Part shown: positions 56,227 to 56,397 of the stretch, piece after piece
How positions within the stretch are numbered: the first letter of the stretch is position 1
Layout: the number at the start of each line of letters is the position of its first letter
From: Bdellovibrionota bacterium FG-2
Lineage (GTDB): Bacteria > Bdellovibrionota > UBA1018
Assembly (NCBI GenBank): GCA_051382305.1
Contig: JBBCAV010000168.1
Coordinates: 1-56,397 of the forward strand
Reading direction: 5' to 3'
Length of the DNA stretch: 56,397 bases
The notes under the pieces: generated by a model
Databases searched by the model: none
Told to the model about the DNA's origin: nothing
The model's input: the letters and a program-made list of their open reading frames with translations, nothing else
Made by a program: the position numbers and the translations under genes

Positions 56227-56397
56227 CTCAAACTTTGCTGTTGTCAGCTCCTTATCTTGGCGGATCGGAAAGCTGACTTTTACACCTTAACCGGGGCTGC
56301 TTGTGAAGCGGCTCCTGGACGGTACTTCTCTATTCTTAATGAGAGGTGCCTTCCCTGTCAACTCGAATGGAGAATAAATGAAATCTCCAAATGCGAT

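Noticed and set aside
1-56397. CRISPR array, rRNA, reverse transcriptase (retron/DGR) systems, and the many short antisense ORFs in the track
   Set aside because: No regularly spaced repeat-spacer array, rRNA-like sequence or YxDD-type RT was seen. The short ORFs are shadows of longer motif-bearing genes.

Overview
Almost the whole window is mobile or accessory DNA from a diderm bacterium. The gene style suggests a Bdellovibrionota/deltaproteobacteria-like host, but that is inference only. From left to right: (1) the right part of an IS21-family element (1-1780). (2) An envelope/lipoprotein cargo block (2170-13883) with tandem PEGA/beta-barrel proteins, LPP20-like lipoproteins, NlpC/P60, a TlpA-like redoxin, DUF2227-like and YidD-like genes. 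(3) A tightly coupled six-gene minus-strand operon (21222->14333): sigma54 response regulator, stand-alone H-box protein, radical SAM/SPASM enzyme, small secreted protein with a PqqD-like body and a Ser/Gly/Trp tail, orphan peptide-binding protein, hybrid histidine kinase. (4) A divergent canonical sigma54 promoter with palindromic enhancer candidates. It heads a roughly 18 kb co-oriented run: small duplicated genes, two giant Cys-rich lipoproteins, ssb, a compact VirB-like T4SS, a hairpin-rich oriT candidate, a Replic_Relax-type relaxase, a coupling protein, xis and a tyrosine integrase, i.e. an ICE. (5) A 15-bp tRNA-3'-end-like att repeat (CCTCCTGAGCCATTT at 40911 and 55904) bracketing a second, roughly 15 kb integrative element. 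It carries an integrase, xis, AAA+ ATPase, Rep_trans protein, SWIM/RarA-C-like protein, resolvase and a TIGR04255 three-gene module. (6) The apparent start of a further ICE-like end after 55918. The best candidate for an undescribed system is a radical-SAM-modified peptide quorum-sensing circuit wired to sigma54-dependent ICE conjugation. All family assignments come from motif recognition by eye, not from database searches.
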